DNA from: Octopus sinensis
Lineage: Eukaryota
Assembly: GCF_006345805.1 (NCBI RefSeq)
Contig: NC_042998.1
Coordinates: 147,746,001-147,810,000 of the forward strand
Direction: 5' to 3'
Length of the DNA stretch: 64,000 nt
Part shown: positions 1 to 13,470 of the stretch, piece after piece
Layout: each line of letters begins with the position of its first letter
Position numbering within the stretch: position 1 is the stretch's first letter
Program-made: the position numbers and the translations under genes
Notes under the pieces: model-generated
What the model was told of the DNA's origin: nothing
Database searches by the model: none
Seen by the model: only the letters and a program-made list of their open reading frames with translations

Positions 1-330
1 TAACCATTCATCTATCCCTAGTTTCCTCATTGACCACCAGATAAGGGATCGGGGGACCCTGTCAAATGCTTTCTCCAAGTCAACAAAAGCCAAATACAAG
101 GGCTTATCTTTGGCTAGGTATTTCTCCTGCAGCTGTCTTACCAGGAATATAGCATCAGTAGTACTTTTCCCTGGCACGAACCCAAACTGCATATCATCTA
201 AACTAACTCTCTCTCTAATTAATTGGGCTATAACCCTCTCCGTAACCTTCATTACCTGATCCAGCAGCTTGATGCCCCTGTAGTTATTTGTATCTAGGGC
301 GTCGCCTTTACCTTTGTAGCAGTTGACTAT
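1..330 (-). mobile_element. RTE-clade LINE reverse-transcriptase fragment (runs off the window edge)
   Basis: The minus strand translates without stops to IVNCYKGKGDALDTNNYRGIKLLDQVMKVTERVI...MQFGFVPGKSTTDAIFLVRQLQEKYLAKDKPLYLAFVDLEKAFDRVPR, matching the N-terminal RT motifs of RTE elements. It ends in (TA)n. Confidence 0.9.
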
Positions 331-335
331 TATGC

Positions 336-366
<31 letters not shown>

Positions 367-396
367 GCATGCATACATACATCTCTCTCCCTCTCT

Positions 397-430
<34 letters not shown>

Positions 431-1030
431 CAGTACCGTTCAAAAGTCTTTGGCCACTTTAAACTACTGTAAATTTCTACTAATTCCCAACTTATAAGTG
501 GATGTTTTGCATTGCATTTTTTACAGACAAGACATTGGCCCTGTTGGGGTCATTTCCATACCTAATCATTATATTTTGTACTAGGGGTTCTTAATGAGAG
601 GGGAAGATGTGAGACGACCATCAAAAATGGCCAGGCAAAAGTTTTCAGCCATCTCATATAAACCAATCAATATATAGTGTTTTAAAGCAGAAATATGTCT
701 GTAATGAAAATTTATTACATAATGTTCATTTCAAGAAGTTACTGTACATTGTTAATATTTTGCATGACTTCCCTTAGCTTGAATAATTGCTTCAATGCAC
801 CTGGGAAGAGATGCATGCAAATCCTTCACCATCTTCACTGGTATGAGATGCCATTCTCTGTGGCTGAGCTCCCACAACTCTTCAAGATTGCGTGGATTCT
901 TCTGATGAACTCTTCTCTTTAGTTTTGTCCACATTTGCTTGATGATATTTAAGTCAGGGCTCTGAGCTGGCCAATATTTCAATACAGTAATATCTGTATT
1001 CAATTTAAGTGACCCATTTTTGGTGGCTCT
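431..1030 (-). mobile_element. Tc1-like transposon 3' part: transposase C-terminus plus one terminal inverted repeat
   Basis: ORF 752-1003 contains WPAQSPDLNII..W..LKRRV..PRNLEELW..LPRCIEAIIQAKG (Tc1 WPxQSPDLNPIE motif). A Tc1-type terminus CAGTACCGTTCAAAAGT starts at 431 next to (TA)n. Confidence 0.85.
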
Positions 1031-1144
1031 ATGATTTGTTGGCTAGGAGATGTGCCGGGAATTTAAACATACAGACGCACACACACAGATACACACACAG
1101 ACACAAAAGTTGAGCTTTATATATATAGATATATATATACACAC

Positions 1145-1209
<65 letters not shown>

Positions 1210-1789
1210 ATATATATATCTATGTATATATATATATATATATTATATACATATATATATATATCATCATCATCATACTTTAGCGTCCGTTTTCCATGCT
1301 AGCATGGGTTGGACGGTATTCAGCATAAGTCCTGGGATCGATTTGTTTGACTAATGGTGTTTGACTGGTGGTGCTCCAGCATGGCCGCAGTCAAATGACT
1401 GAAACAAATAAAAGAATAAATGAAGACTTTATATATGAACACACACATACATACACACATATACACATATATGTACACACACAGATATGTACATATATTT
1501 TTATATAACACATGCGTATATACTCACACACATGTGAACATGGCTACTTGTTGCATATACATCATTCATGTATTTCTGTAAACATGTTTATCCCTCACTC
1601 AATTTAATTGTAGACTACATGATATATTCCTTACCACGTCACAACATTCAATTTCCTTTGACGCTCTGATGACAAACTTTTGTCAGTTCATTACAATACT
1701 CAAAAAAGAATACAAATACACTCTGTATATACACTCATATAGTATATCATCATCATCATCACTGTTTAACGTCTACCTTCCATGCTGGT

Positions 1790-1848
1790 ATGATATATAA
1801 ATATATACATTTATATAAATATATATATAATATCTATATATATATAAT

Positions 1849-1882
<34 letters not shown>

Positions 1883-2098
1883 AGATCTATATATATATAT
1901 AAATATATATATATATAAAATATATATATATATATAAAATATATATATATATATAAATATATATATATCTATAAATATATATATATATATAAATATAATA
2001 TATATATATATAATAGTATATATATATATATATATTATATATATAATATATATATAAATATATATATATATATATTATATATATTATAATATATATAT

Positions 2099-2156
<58 letters not shown>

Positions 2157-2157
2157 T

Positions 2158-2190
<33 letters not shown>

Positions 2191-2214
2191 CTATATATAT
2201 ATATATATATATAG

Positions 2215-2245
<31 letters not shown>

Positions 2246-2300
2246 TATATATATTATATATATATAAATATATATAATATATATATAATATATAAATAAT

Positions 2301-2378
<78 letters not shown>

Positions 2379-2383
2379 AATAT

Positions 2384-2416
<33 letters not shown>
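1790..2416. repeat. Long degenerate (TA)n microsatellite
   Basis: About 620 bp of almost pure A/T alternation with scattered interruptions. Confidence 0.95.
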
Positions 2417-2417
<1 letters not shown>

Positions 2418-4560
2418 TAGCAATAATACCCGGCGTTGCACGGGTCAGAAATAGTAAATATTTAGAGGCTCTAGTTATGTTGTCAGTTTACATTACAGCA
2501 GTCCGGACATCAATCCAAAGTTTTATAGACTTTTATTTAGGTTAAGGTTAGGGTTGACAATGCAATTTGACATCACTAAGTCTATGACAAATAAGTGTTT
2601 GTCCGTCCATGTAGTGACTTGTGTTGTATACCTCTCTGTATCACTGCTGCTCGGCACCATCCGATAATGCAAAGTTGTAGTGTGCACTGCAATGGTGTGT
2701 AGAGTTATATTTGGGTTTATCAGATGTAAACACAGAGAGTGAATCATCAAATGTGTATTTCACAAGTGAGCATTTTTGAGGATTGGGCTATTTAAACAAT
2801 CGTTAAGTACAACCGTCATTAAAATGGGAAGAGTGATCAAATATTGATTAGTTGTCATGACGTATGGATAGTATTGACGTTGAATGTTTGTCCACATCAT
2901 TTATGTCGCAGAGTGTGCGAAACTGCTACAGCGAATGCGTTCTATGTATCTCTGCCCTTTTCATAAGCCTCTACCAGTTAATTGGTGGAACATTGCATGC
3001 CTCCTTTCTGCTTACACAGCAAATTGGTGGAACAGGTCGCATGGTCACTGGAGGTGGTTAGTGCAGACGTGATGGTTCATGAAGCAGTATGAGTAGAACT
3101 GCTTGCATGAAACTTGTTTGGTACTTGTTTCATTTTGTTTGTGTGGCACCCGCTGGTGAAGGCCCAGGTGGTAGACATCTTCTCTGCACTCAAAAAGAAG
3201 TGGATACTGGAGCACGTTGTATGCTCTATGTGTCTTGTTGATGTGCTTTACAGTTTGGTCATTGCATGAAAGAACAATGCTTCTGGGGTTGTGCTGTTCA
3301 CCACTGAGCACAATGGCAATTTTGTTGCAATTGGGCGCAATTGTAGCGGCCAGAATGGTCGTTTGCCGGCCGTTTGTCAGCATCAATAACCACTGTGAAA
3401 TCCGGCACTGATGGAAATTCCAAGGCATACTTAAAGCTCTTTATGTAAGAGTTGTGTGCATGTGCAACATTTCCTGGAGTTGAAGAATTACTTCAAAACT
3501 TGTGTTGGGGGGAGATAGTTCTTCAGCATGCTGCCTGTTTCGTAGTCACCAACAAAGTACACCTGGAGAAACTGCAGTGTTTCATTGGCAGCGGGTAGAA
3601 GGGGTCCAGTTCTGTGCTAAATCTGCCTCTGAATTTTAAATGTAGGCATGAAGCCGCCTTCACTAACGATATTTGCACCAAATGATGTCATCTGAAAGGT
3701 GCAGTTATACTTTCTCATGTTGCTCCGGAAGTGCCAGCATTCATCTTTTGCGCCTGTTAAAAGATACCCCAATGGCTCAGGCGGGGCGTCCAAAATGGCA
3801 AGGAGGACTTGTCCATTCAAATGACACATGCCAGACGGTTCTTCAGGCCATTTCCTTGCATTGCAGAAGGGGCAAACTTTTAACATAGAGGAAATCACCA
3901 AGTTGGGGTGGCGGGCATAATCACAATCATACTTATAATTGAATGCTTCCCTTAACCATCACATACTGCACGGAACAGATAGACTCTGCTGGAGGGTTCG
4001 TTGGGTGGCAGAAGCTGCAAGGCAGCTGTGTCTTTCTGCATCAGCTTCAGAATTGCAAACAGCAGCTGCAGAGGCTGTGTTGCTGGACTGTCATTGAGCA
4101 TGCTGGTGTTCAGATTCATTAGCTCGCACAGACGCAGTTGAAGCAGCATCACATGACCACTGCCGTGAATACTGTTCTGGCATTTCAGCAGCTCGAGCAG
4201 ATGCTGTTGAGGCTGCGTTGCTGAACCGTTGTTGAGCACGTTGCTGTTCAGGTTCGGCAGCCCATGTGGAAGCCCTTGATGCCACATATGCAGGCTATGC
4301 TTTTCCTCCATTTCAGCAGCACAGGTGGCAGCCATTGTGGCAGCATTTTGAGATCTGCGATCAGTGCACTGGTCTTCACTCTCGGACACTCGAGCAGCGG
4401 CTTGTGAAGCAGTTTTGCGTAGCTGACAAAAGGTATGCCGGTAGCTGAATGGGGACACAAGTGACACCAGTAATGGATGGTTAGTTGTTCCGTTGAGCTG
4501 ACTGCTTGACTTCCTTCTTGCTTGTTGAACCGCTTCCCATGTTCTTCGTCCGATGCAATG
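2417..4560 (-). mobile_element. Degenerate Helitron: Rep N-terminal region plus canonical 3' end
   Basis: The 3' end on the minus strand is the hairpin ACCCGTGCAACGCCGGGT followed by CTAG|T (plus 2417-2445). ORF 3617-3901 has CPFCNARKW..PPEPL..RKYNCTFQMTSFGA..GFMPTFKIQ and ORF 3045-3428 has THRAYNVLQYPLLF..FYSY, both Helitron Rep motifs. Ala/Glu/Arg/Gln-rich tandem repeats lie at 3950-4470. The 5' end was not located. Confidence 0.85.
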
Positions 4561-5040
4561 TCTTTTTTTTTTTGTGGAGGTATTTACCTAGAAAGGGAAT
4601 GTAAGAGGGGCAGAAATAATGAAAAGATTTATTAAAGTGGAGTTAATGAGCAATTGCACACAATGGGTAGCAACCGTTTAAACTGTGAAGGGTATATCTT
4701 TGCAAAAGGAAAGTAAGCGATAACCGAATAGTGGCTATGACCAACTTACTGTGAGGGAAGCAGGTGGAAGGCAGAGTAATCAAATGATTGGATGTGTTTC
4801 TGAAATGTAGGATTCACATCACTATCCTTACCGGGAGAACTTCTAAGAAAGTTTCCAAGAAGGTTGGTTGCTTGTAGGAGTGAATGGATGGACCATTGCA
4901 ACAGGGAAATTGATCCCGTAAGTCAAATAACCAGAGGGATACATGAACACATGCATAAGGTTATGGCCAATTGCTTGAGGTCATGAGAAATGGGGTGGTT
5001 ATGCAATGGAGATCGTATCGCAGTTGAACTGCAATAAGTG

Positions 5041-5130
5041 GCTAACCTTGAATTCCTCTGTTATTGTCTGGAGGACTATGATGATTAAGAGGGGGGGTGA
5101 GGACCGATCCTTGGTGGACCCCTCCCCTAC
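5041..5130 (-). mobile_element. RTE LINE RT fragment
   Basis: With one frameshift it reads GVHQGSVLTP/LLIIIVLQTITEEFK, the RT QGSVLSP motif. Confidence 0.7.
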
Positions 5131-5557
5131 CCAGAATTCTAAGCTTGTTTTGTATACATTCAAAGCTTTCTTCCAAGGAATCTAATGCTCTTAGCTTAGT
5201 TTTTCCTTGGGGCTGGCCAGATTGGAGCAATCTCAAGATTAATCAGCCGAAATTGCGAGGATGATCCAGTTCTTGACTGAAGATTGAAGGCTTCGAATGT
5301 CCTGTCCGTGTTTTTTGTATCGTCTTCTAAATGTTTTGCGTTCTTGTCCCAGTTTGTAATTTTTTATACATATATATATAGCGGCGTATGTATCCTCTCT
5401 CTTATATGTATGTATATATATATATATATATATAATCATCATATATATAAATATATACGTGTATATATATTTATATGTGTATATATATATACGTGTATAT
5501 ATATATATATATGTATGAAAGAATGGAGCTGAACGATGAATTAACAAAATTCTTTTA

Positions 5558-5640
5558 TTTTCGACATATGTTTCGAAGGCTGCATATTCCTAATTACGAA
5601 GGAATAAGGAGTTCATTATGCAGCTTTCTCATCAGGAAAA
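5558..5640 (-). ncRNA. Type I hammerhead ribozyme, family A, copy 1
   Basis: Minus strand: TTTTC-CTGATGA-GAAAGCTGCATA...TATGCAGCCTTC-GAAAC-ATAT-GTC-GAAAA. The core is intact, stem I has 5 bp, stem II has 11/12 bp and stem III is the palindrome ACATATGT. Confidence 0.85.
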
Positions 5641-6373
5641 GCAAGGAACTTATGTCAACATTAAAATGCACAAAAAACTTTTAGATGATTGCTCACACAG
5701 AGCCCATAGCGATAATGGGTGTCTCTTTAAAATATTCCTTTATAAGGAGTGACATCAAAGTGGTTGAAAGTAGAAGAATCTAGCAGGTTCTAAAGGTTCA
5801 AGGGTTCAAACGAAGTTGGGGGAGAGAGGCATAAGAATAGGAAGGTGAAAGGGTGCAGGTCATATGAATGGTGGATTTTGTTGATTTCTTTTGTGAATGA
5901 GTGCCTGTGTGTGTGACTGTATATAACTGCATTAATGTGTGTGTGTGTGTATGTGTATGCGTGATTGTGTATGTGGATGGGTAGATGTCAGAAAACAGAC
6001 AGTGGTGAGGTGAGAGGTTTGTGTCTGTGTGTTTGATTGTGCTTACTATAGAAAGAGGGAAATAGAGAGAGAAAAAGAGAGAGAAAGAGGAGGGCGAGGT
6101 AGAGGGACTAAGGCAACAACCTCACTGGATTGGGTAGTAGCTCTTTGAAAGTATAAAAAAAATTTTTTATGACTATGGGGGTGACATATATGAAAAAAGA
6201 AGTTATATTAATTAAAATTCAAGGGGTTATCTATATTAATCATTATTCATATGAGTGAAAGGTGTGTTTTTGCCAGTGCATGCACCTGTATGACCTCTTC
6301 ACGATTGTATTTATTAAAGGGACTTTGGCGAACAAAATATGAAAAAGTTCAGAATTACAGATGCCACAAAGTT

Positions 6374-6456
6374 TTCTCCTGATGAGAAAGCTGCATAATG
6401 TACTCCTTATTCCTTCGCAATTAGGAATATGCAGCCTTCGAAACATATGTCGAAAA
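6374..6456 (+). ncRNA. Type I hammerhead ribozyme, family A, copy 2
   Basis: TTCTC-CTGATGA(6379-6385)-GAAAGCTGCATA...TATGCAGCCTTC-GAAAC(6440-6444)-ATAT-GTC(6449-6451)-GAAAA. The core is intact and stem I has one mismatch. Confidence 0.8.
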
Positions 6457-6654
6457 TAAAGGAATTTTGTTAATTCGTCGTTCAGCTCCATTCTTTCATA
6501 TATTTATATTTTTAAAATAAACAAATAAATTCCCACACGAAAGCACGTAATCTATGCCCGAGGCTTGTAACTTCAACCGTGTTTTTTCTGATGTGAATTT
6601 TCTACCCAGGTATCGGTTAATTCGAATTATCCTTAATAAGATAATTCATTCAAC

Positions 6655-7066
6655 TATCATCATCATCATCATCATCGTTTAGCGTCCGTTTTCCATGCTA
6701 GCATGGGTTGGACGGTTCTACTGGGGTCTGTGAAGCCGGAAGGCTTCATCAGGCCCAGTCAAATCTAGCAGTGTTTCTACGGCTGGATGCCCTTCCTAAT
6801 GCCAACCACTCCGTGAGTGTAGTGGGTGCTTTTTACGTGCCACCCGCACAGGTGCCAGACAGAGCTGGCAAACGGCCATGAACGGATGGTGCTTTTTATG
6901 TGCCACCGGCACGAGGGCCAGGCGAGGCTGGCAATGGACACGAATGGATGGTGCTTTTTACGTGCCATCGGCACAAGGCCAGTCGGGGCAGTGCTGGCAA
7001 CGGTCGCGAAACGGAAGGTTCTCTTACATGCCACCAGCACTGGTAACACATCTGCAATCTCCATTG
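6655..7066 (-). mobile_element. SINE/non-autonomous retroelement with (GAT)n tail and internal ~65-bp tandem repeats
   Basis: The tail ATCATCATCGTTTAGCGTCCGTTTTCCATGCTAGCATGGGTTGGACGG and the motif GGCTGGATGCCCTTCCTAA recur near 1262, 18890, 37930, 44600, 44820, 48410 and 53812. The unit GATGGTGCTTTTTAYGTGCCA is repeated internally. Confidence 0.8.
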
Positions 7067-7130
7067 ATCGATTTCGATTATATATTATATACATATGTAT
7101 ATATACATATATATATATATAATATATATA

Positions 7131-7190
<60 letters not shown>

Positions 7191-8632
7191 ATATGTATAT
7201 TTATATATATATATTATATATATATATATAATAAACCTTTACATATATAAATAACGGGAAATACACGAAGGGACGAACATAAGAGACAAGACGGGTCATT
7301 CAAAGCCTTCCTTCTTCTGTCAGAAACCGATTCATCATCGCAGATTTCGGCTGTTTATACACACACACATGTGTGTATGCTTGTGCATGCAAGTATAGGT
7401 GTATGTAGTTTTATTATTTACGCTTGTGGGTGCGCTAGCATAAATAACAAAACCACGCATGCATGCATGCACGCACAGAAACACACCTACACACACACAC
7501 TATCTTGTGTGTACAGTTATATGTATGACAGCTACTGGTGAGTTGAAAGTTCTACATATCAATGAAGAGTATCTTCATTCAGTTTACTTTCTGTATAGTG
7601 GTATGGTTACTACTGGTTACTACTGTACTCAGTATATACTGATTATGATATACACAGCAAATATAGGACAAAATAGGATAAACACAAGATACAGTTTATG
7701 AACTGATGAACAGTTCAGGTTTAGTGTCCAATTGTACCTGAAACACCCACTGCTAAGGATGCATCTAGCTACTATGGGGAAACATATGTTGGGAACGAAT
7801 TATATAAATTGCATCTTGTGTTCATCATACTTTTTCCTATACTCTGTTGAGTATGGATGAAAAATCCCTGAGTTGATATGTAAATGATGTAATATAGAGA
7901 AGTTATTCAGGAATTTAATCTTCCTCTTAGTCTAAGGGTGCAAAAATGGTAGCCCACAGTCTATATTGCTCCAAGAGATAAAATGCTAAAAGAAATAGAA
8001 ACAAAAAATGTTTTTGAATTGAAGCAAAATTTTATAATACTAAATATATCCCAGTATAAACAAACTTGTGTTTATATGCATTTGGTTATCACTAGACGGT
8101 CACTCTTCTTTGTATCCTCCTGTTAATTGCTATAAGTCAGGGTTAAAGTTAAGGGTAGATTTGGTTTAAAGATGATGGTGATGTTTGCAGCAAGAAATAT
8201 GCTGCAGTTATTATCTGCATGAAACATCTTTATTGCAGACACAACCATTTATATGCAAGAGCTAATATCATTGAGAATATCACAAACAGATATCAAATAC
8301 TTAATAAATGTGAAAGAGAATAAAAAAATTATTGTTTTAATATAGCAATATTAAAATAGAATCAGAGATTTTTAGATAGTGGTGTAGCTTTTCATCAACT
8401 TCATCACTGTCATCATCATTGTCATTTTATTGTTCCACTTTCCCATGCCTGACGGGGTTGACAGAGTTTATTGAGGCAGTTTTTCTATGGTTAGATACCA
8501 TTCATGAAATATGTTTTCAGTATCAACCAAAATATGACATCTCCTGAGTGTAAGGTCTGTACTGTACCTGCTAATCACTAGATGAGTGTTTAAGGAGAGC
8601 TGAGGCTATTTCAAAACAATAATCATTCAGCA

Positions 8633-8776
8633 CAGGCATGGCTGTGTGGTAAGAAGCTTGCTTCCTGACCACATAGTTTCAGGTTCAGTTCTGCTGCACA
8701 GTACTTTGGTCAAGTGTCTTCAGTTATAGCCCTAGGCCTACCAATGCTTTGTGAGTAGATTTGGAAGATGGAAACT

Positions 8777-8830
<54 letters not shown>
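8633..8830 (+). mobile_element. tRNA-derived SINE (5' head) running into (TG)n
   Basis: A/B-box-like head GGCTGTGTGGTAAGAAGCTTGCTTCC..GGTTCAGTT and central CTTTGGTCAAGTGTCTT. The same family occurs near 10720, 23470, 36150-36560, 39430-39910, 51030-51380, 58250-58500 and 63120-63270. Confidence 0.75.
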
Positions 8831-8831
<1 letters not shown>

Positions 8832-9059
8832 ATATGTATTTATGCATGTATATATGTATGTATGTCATTATTCAGTTTTATTTCAAGATTTCTTACTAAT
8901 AGAGAAAAACTCAGTTTCTAACCTAAATTCAGGGCTTCATTGGAATGTCAACAACATCAATAGGGTATTTGTGCATGTATGTGTGTATGTGTGCAGTATT
9001 TGGAGTTAGTGCACATGCAGATTTATTTGTTTTCTTTCATGTATGTATCCTCATGCATA

Positions 9060-9119
9060 TAGTTGCATGTCTAGACATCTGCATATGTATGCATGTGCAT
9101 ATATATGTATGTATGTATG

Positions 9120-9151
<32 letters not shown>

Positions 9152-9760
9152 TGTATGTATGTATGTATGTATGTATGTATGTATGTATGTTTGTATGTAT
9201 GCATGTATGTTTGTATGTATGAATGTGTGTATGCATGTATTTAGGTTTGTACGTAGTATGTATGTATGTATGTATGTATGTATGTATCTATGCATTTATG
9301 AATGTGTGTATGTTTATGTCTGTTTGTCTTGACTTCATGTAATTGTTGTCATCCATTTCTAATATTATGCAGAAACATATCTGGCCATGAGGAAACAGGT
9401 GAGGGATGGTGCATGAAGAGTATGAGGGTATCCGACCATAGAAAATTTACCTCAATAAACTCCTTCCATTCTATACAAACATGCAAGTATTAAAATGATG
9501 ATGATGATGATGACGACGATGATGATGATGGTGGTGGCTGTAGTGGTGGTGGTGGTGGTGTGCTGCTGCTGCTGCTGCTGTTGGTGTTGGTGGTGGTGAT
9601 GGTGATGATGATGATGATGGTGGTGGTGGTTTTGGTGATGATAATGCTGATCATGGGGTGATGGTGATGGTGATGGTGGTCATTATGATGATGATTATGA
9701 TGATGGTGGAAAGAGTGGTGGTTGTGGTGGTGATGATATGGTGTGGGATGAGGTAAAATA
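9060..9760. repeat. (TATG)n tract followed by a compound trinucleotide tract (GAT/GGT/GCT)
   Basis: Direct inspection. These tracts produce the spurious poly-His, poly-Ser and poly-Pro ORFs. Confidence 0.9.
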
Positions 9761-10908
9761 GTATTGGTGGTAAAGATTATAAAGTTGTCCTGTGAGGGCG
9801 GTTTTGGAGGTGAGACTTTCATTTGGCTCTATTGACTAAATGCTTCATTGAAATGCTTTGAAAACTCTTTTTTTTTAGGCAGATGCATACTTTCAAAAAT
9901 ATTTACTTTTGACTATTTGTCAAACTATATTGAAGTAAACATAGATAAGCCAGAGGTTATACTGCCAAAATTATTAACAGAATCACCAAATATTCAAATA
10001 ATACAGTCTTTATTTGAATCAAAATCAAATCTTCTCCAACAACAAAATATAAATAGATGGGAATGAGTGAAAATAGATTTAAACTGTAAATGTTTGGAAG
10101 AAAGATATTATATATATATATATATATATATAATTCTTCCATTATATACAGATGCAGATATAGGCACACACACATGCACATAGATACATACACACACAGA
10201 TACATGTACATAAACATGTACACACATACACATATGCTCAAATACACATACATGCACATACACACACACATAAACATATGCTTGCACACACATGCACACA
10301 CTTGCACACACACACACACATACACTTGCATACACACATATACACAAACATATACATACACTGACACAGACAAACGCACACAAACACACACAGATACACA
10401 TATGCACACACAAACAAACATACACAAACATATATGCACACACACACACACACAGTGAGGACTATTAAGGGAAATTAAGTGATTTGCCCCAACACACCTT
10501 CTCTCACCTCTGTATGTAGCTGCAATATCTGGCAACCAAACTGTGCACCAGATATCTCCATTACACACCCTACCTGATTTATCCATAGTAAGCATGTGTG
10601 TCCACTGGGTCATGCTTTACTACACACATACACACGCACATACACACACAAACACATGCATGCGCACACAAAATGCCAGTATGGAAAAGAGACATTAAAT
10701 GATGATGATGATGATGATGTGGCTGTGTAGTAAGAAGTTTGCTTCCAACCACATGGTTCCAGGTTCAGTCCCATTTCATGGTACCTTGTGCAATGTTTTT
10801 TACTATAACCTCAAGCAGAAAAAATTTTGTGAATGGATTTGATAGATGGAAACTTAAAGAAGCCTGTCATGTGTATATATTTTTCTTTGTATATGTGTAT
10901 GTGTGTGT

Positions 10909-10950
<42 letters not shown>

Positions 10951-11017
10951 ATCTGCATTTTTGTCCCCTAACACTACCTGACTACAGGTGTTGGTGTGTT
11001 TATATTCTCATAACATA

Positions 11018-11250
11018 AAGGCGGCGAGCTGGCAGAACCGTTAGCACGCCAGGCGAAATGCGTAGCCGTATTTCGTCTGCCGTTACGTTCTGAGTTCAAA
11101 TTCCGCCGAAGTTGACTTTGCCTTTCATCCTTTCGGGGTTGATAAATTAAGTACCAGTTACGCACTGGGGTCGATGTAATCGACTTAATTTGTTTGTCTG
11201 CCCTTGTTTGTCCCCTCTATGTTTAGCCCCTTGTAGGTAATAAAGAAACA
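11018..11250 (+). mobile_element. Full-length tRNA-derived SINE nested in another SINE, 17-bp TSD
   Basis: A box GGCGAGCTGGCAGAA and B box GAGTTCAAATTCC. The central GACTTTGCCTTTCATCCTTTCGGGGTTGATAAATTAAGTACCAG resembles the Meta-SINE domain (from memory, unverified). The TSD TATATTCTCATAACATA is at 11001-11017 and 11251-11267. Confidence 0.85.
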
Positions 11251-12329
11251 TATATTCTCATAACATAGCAGTTTGGCAAAAGTGACTGATAGAATAAGTA
11301 CCAGGCTTAAATAAATAAGTACTAGGGTTTGTTAACTAAAATTCCTCAAGGCAGTGCCCCAGCATGGCCATGATCTAATGACTGAAACAAGTAAAAGGTA
11401 AAGGATAAAAGATACATTAGCAATTTGCTGTGATTGAAAAGACCAGTTCATCTAAGCAAAAATGTGGCCTCACTCAATATCATCCCTTGTGACCTTATTT
11501 TCCAATGAACATTTCCCCATTCTACTGCATGTTCCCTCATTCTGTCAATGGCAACCTCCCCCACCACCACCACCACCACCACTACTACCACCAACTACCT
11601 GTTTGTTCCCACTAATTCCACCCTTTTATACCTCTGATCTAATCCCTAGCACTGTACATCTCTCTTGATCACCCTCTCATACTTCCTCCACTTTCTTCTC
11701 CAACTGATATTCATGAATGAACATGTCTCCAACCATATTCACCACCCACTGCACTCCACTCTATCCATTTACCTCTCTTACATTGTCACAAACTTACTCA
11801 TCCAAACAACTTTTCTTTTAGTCACCTTCCGGATAACTCTTTCTGGCACATCTTCACTGCTATTTTCCCTCTCTATTCAACGTACCTCCCCTACAAGACA
11901 CCTGTTCCTGTCCCTCTATTTCTAGCAAGAAATAATGACTATGAGGTGCCCAGGTGGCTCCCAGAAGGCCATCAACTCCCATAAGTAGTGAATAGGTGGA
12001 CAGGTGGTTTGCAAGATTCTATGGGGAGCAGAAGATGAGGGGATGGGGAGACAGACTGTAAAATTTGGGTAAGTAGATGAACAATGAACCATGAGTTAGG
12101 GAAGATAGAAGTATACAAAAGAGAGTGGGTTGGGGTGAGTTACAAAATAGTAAATATGATGCAGCTGACAAGGCAAGGACGAGAGGGAGAGAGAGAGAGA
12201 GAGAGAGAGAGATGACACAGTTAGTTAGTTAGCAGGAGCCAGTGGGGGAAGAGGCAGGTATAGTGCATGATGGAAGGAAATTCAATTCAAGGGTGGAAGT
12301 TAGTCACTGTAGCATGGGTGGAGAGCACA

Positions 12330-13470
12330 ATACACATTATATGTAGTGCTTCCAGAAATCAGTTTCACCGAGGAGGGCAGGTCTTTTCAAGAACCTTATA
12401 TTCCCAGAGATTTCAGTCTTTGCCATCTCTTCCATGTGGCTTTGAGTCCTGAGGTCAGCCTTCACCACTTCTTCATTTATCTTCCTAAGTCTCCTTCTTT
12501 TGCAAGTTCCTGCCATATGAAACGATTGGCACTTCTTTATACAGCTGTCCTCTCCTATATGTATCACATGTTCATACCAGTGCAGCCTCCTTTCTTGTAC
12601 ATGACCTCTGATACCTCTTATGCCCAGTTTTTCTCTCAGTATCTTTGTACTAATTCATTCACACACACTCACATTGCACATCCAGCAGAGCATTCTCACT
12701 TCATTTCTTTCCAGTTCTACTCAAGTTCTCTGTATTCTAAGCCTGTGTTTCACTGCCATGTGGCATTTCAATTCTAACACAATCATCATACAATCTGCCC
12801 TTCACTCTAAGGAGAAAGATCTTTGTTACCAACAGTGGTAGCAGCTCCCCAGTCAGTTCTTACTCTAGCTACAATACTTTCAGAGCAAATGCTTCCTTTG
12901 TAAATTACATTTCCTAGGTAACGCAGGCTATCAACTACTTCTAGTAAATCATCAGTGCATTAAAGAGAATCAGTTTCTGATGTGCTTCTATGAACTGCTC
13001 CATGCATTTATTGCATAAGAAGCTTAAATTTTCAGATAATCTGCCAGTGATTCTATTACATCTCTTATGCACTTATAGCTTACATTAAGTATAGCATATG
13101 AAGTTTATACCTACTCTTTTTCTGCATATTGAGACAGGCCATACCCCTGAAGGTACCTGGGTCCTCTCTTCTTTTCTACTTACAAAAACCTCTATTTTCG
13201 CTAGGTTTACTTGAAGGCCTCTCAATTCCAGGTTTAGCTTCCATAACTGGAATTTTTTCGCTAATTCCCCTAGAATTTAACTATTAGGGCTTGGTTACCA
13301 GCATTTAGGAGTTCCTGTGAACAGTCAGTCTTAAACTTCTCTGTATCAGCCTGTAGTTTTATGATGAATACAAGATGACTGAGGACTGAACCTTGATGGA
13401 CTCCTACATAATGCTAAATTCATTACTGAAATCATTGTCAACACTTATTTTACTTGCTACATCCTTATAC
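12330..13470 (-). pseudogene. Degenerate RTE LINE (RT core to C-terminus)
   Basis: VGVHQGSVLSHLVFIIKLQA..ELLNAG near 13300-13410 (a decayed QGSVLSP..ELLYADD) and C-terminal EEVVKADLRT near 12440-12500. Many stops and frameshifts. Confidence 0.7.

Noticed and set aside
5239-5400. [15 protein letters not shown] resembling a GIY-YIG Penelope endonuclease motif
   Set aside because: Only a short resemblance, embedded in microsatellite, with no second motif to support it.
5475-6491. Duplicated peptide [36 protein letters not shown] in two ORFs
   Set aside because: It is the antisense translation of the family A hammerhead module; the two ORFs diverge where the RNA homology ends.
9848-10066. 72-aa ORF with a good acceptor (TTTTTTTTAG) as a possible exon
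   Set aside because: No convincing donor, no recognisable homology and no partner exons.
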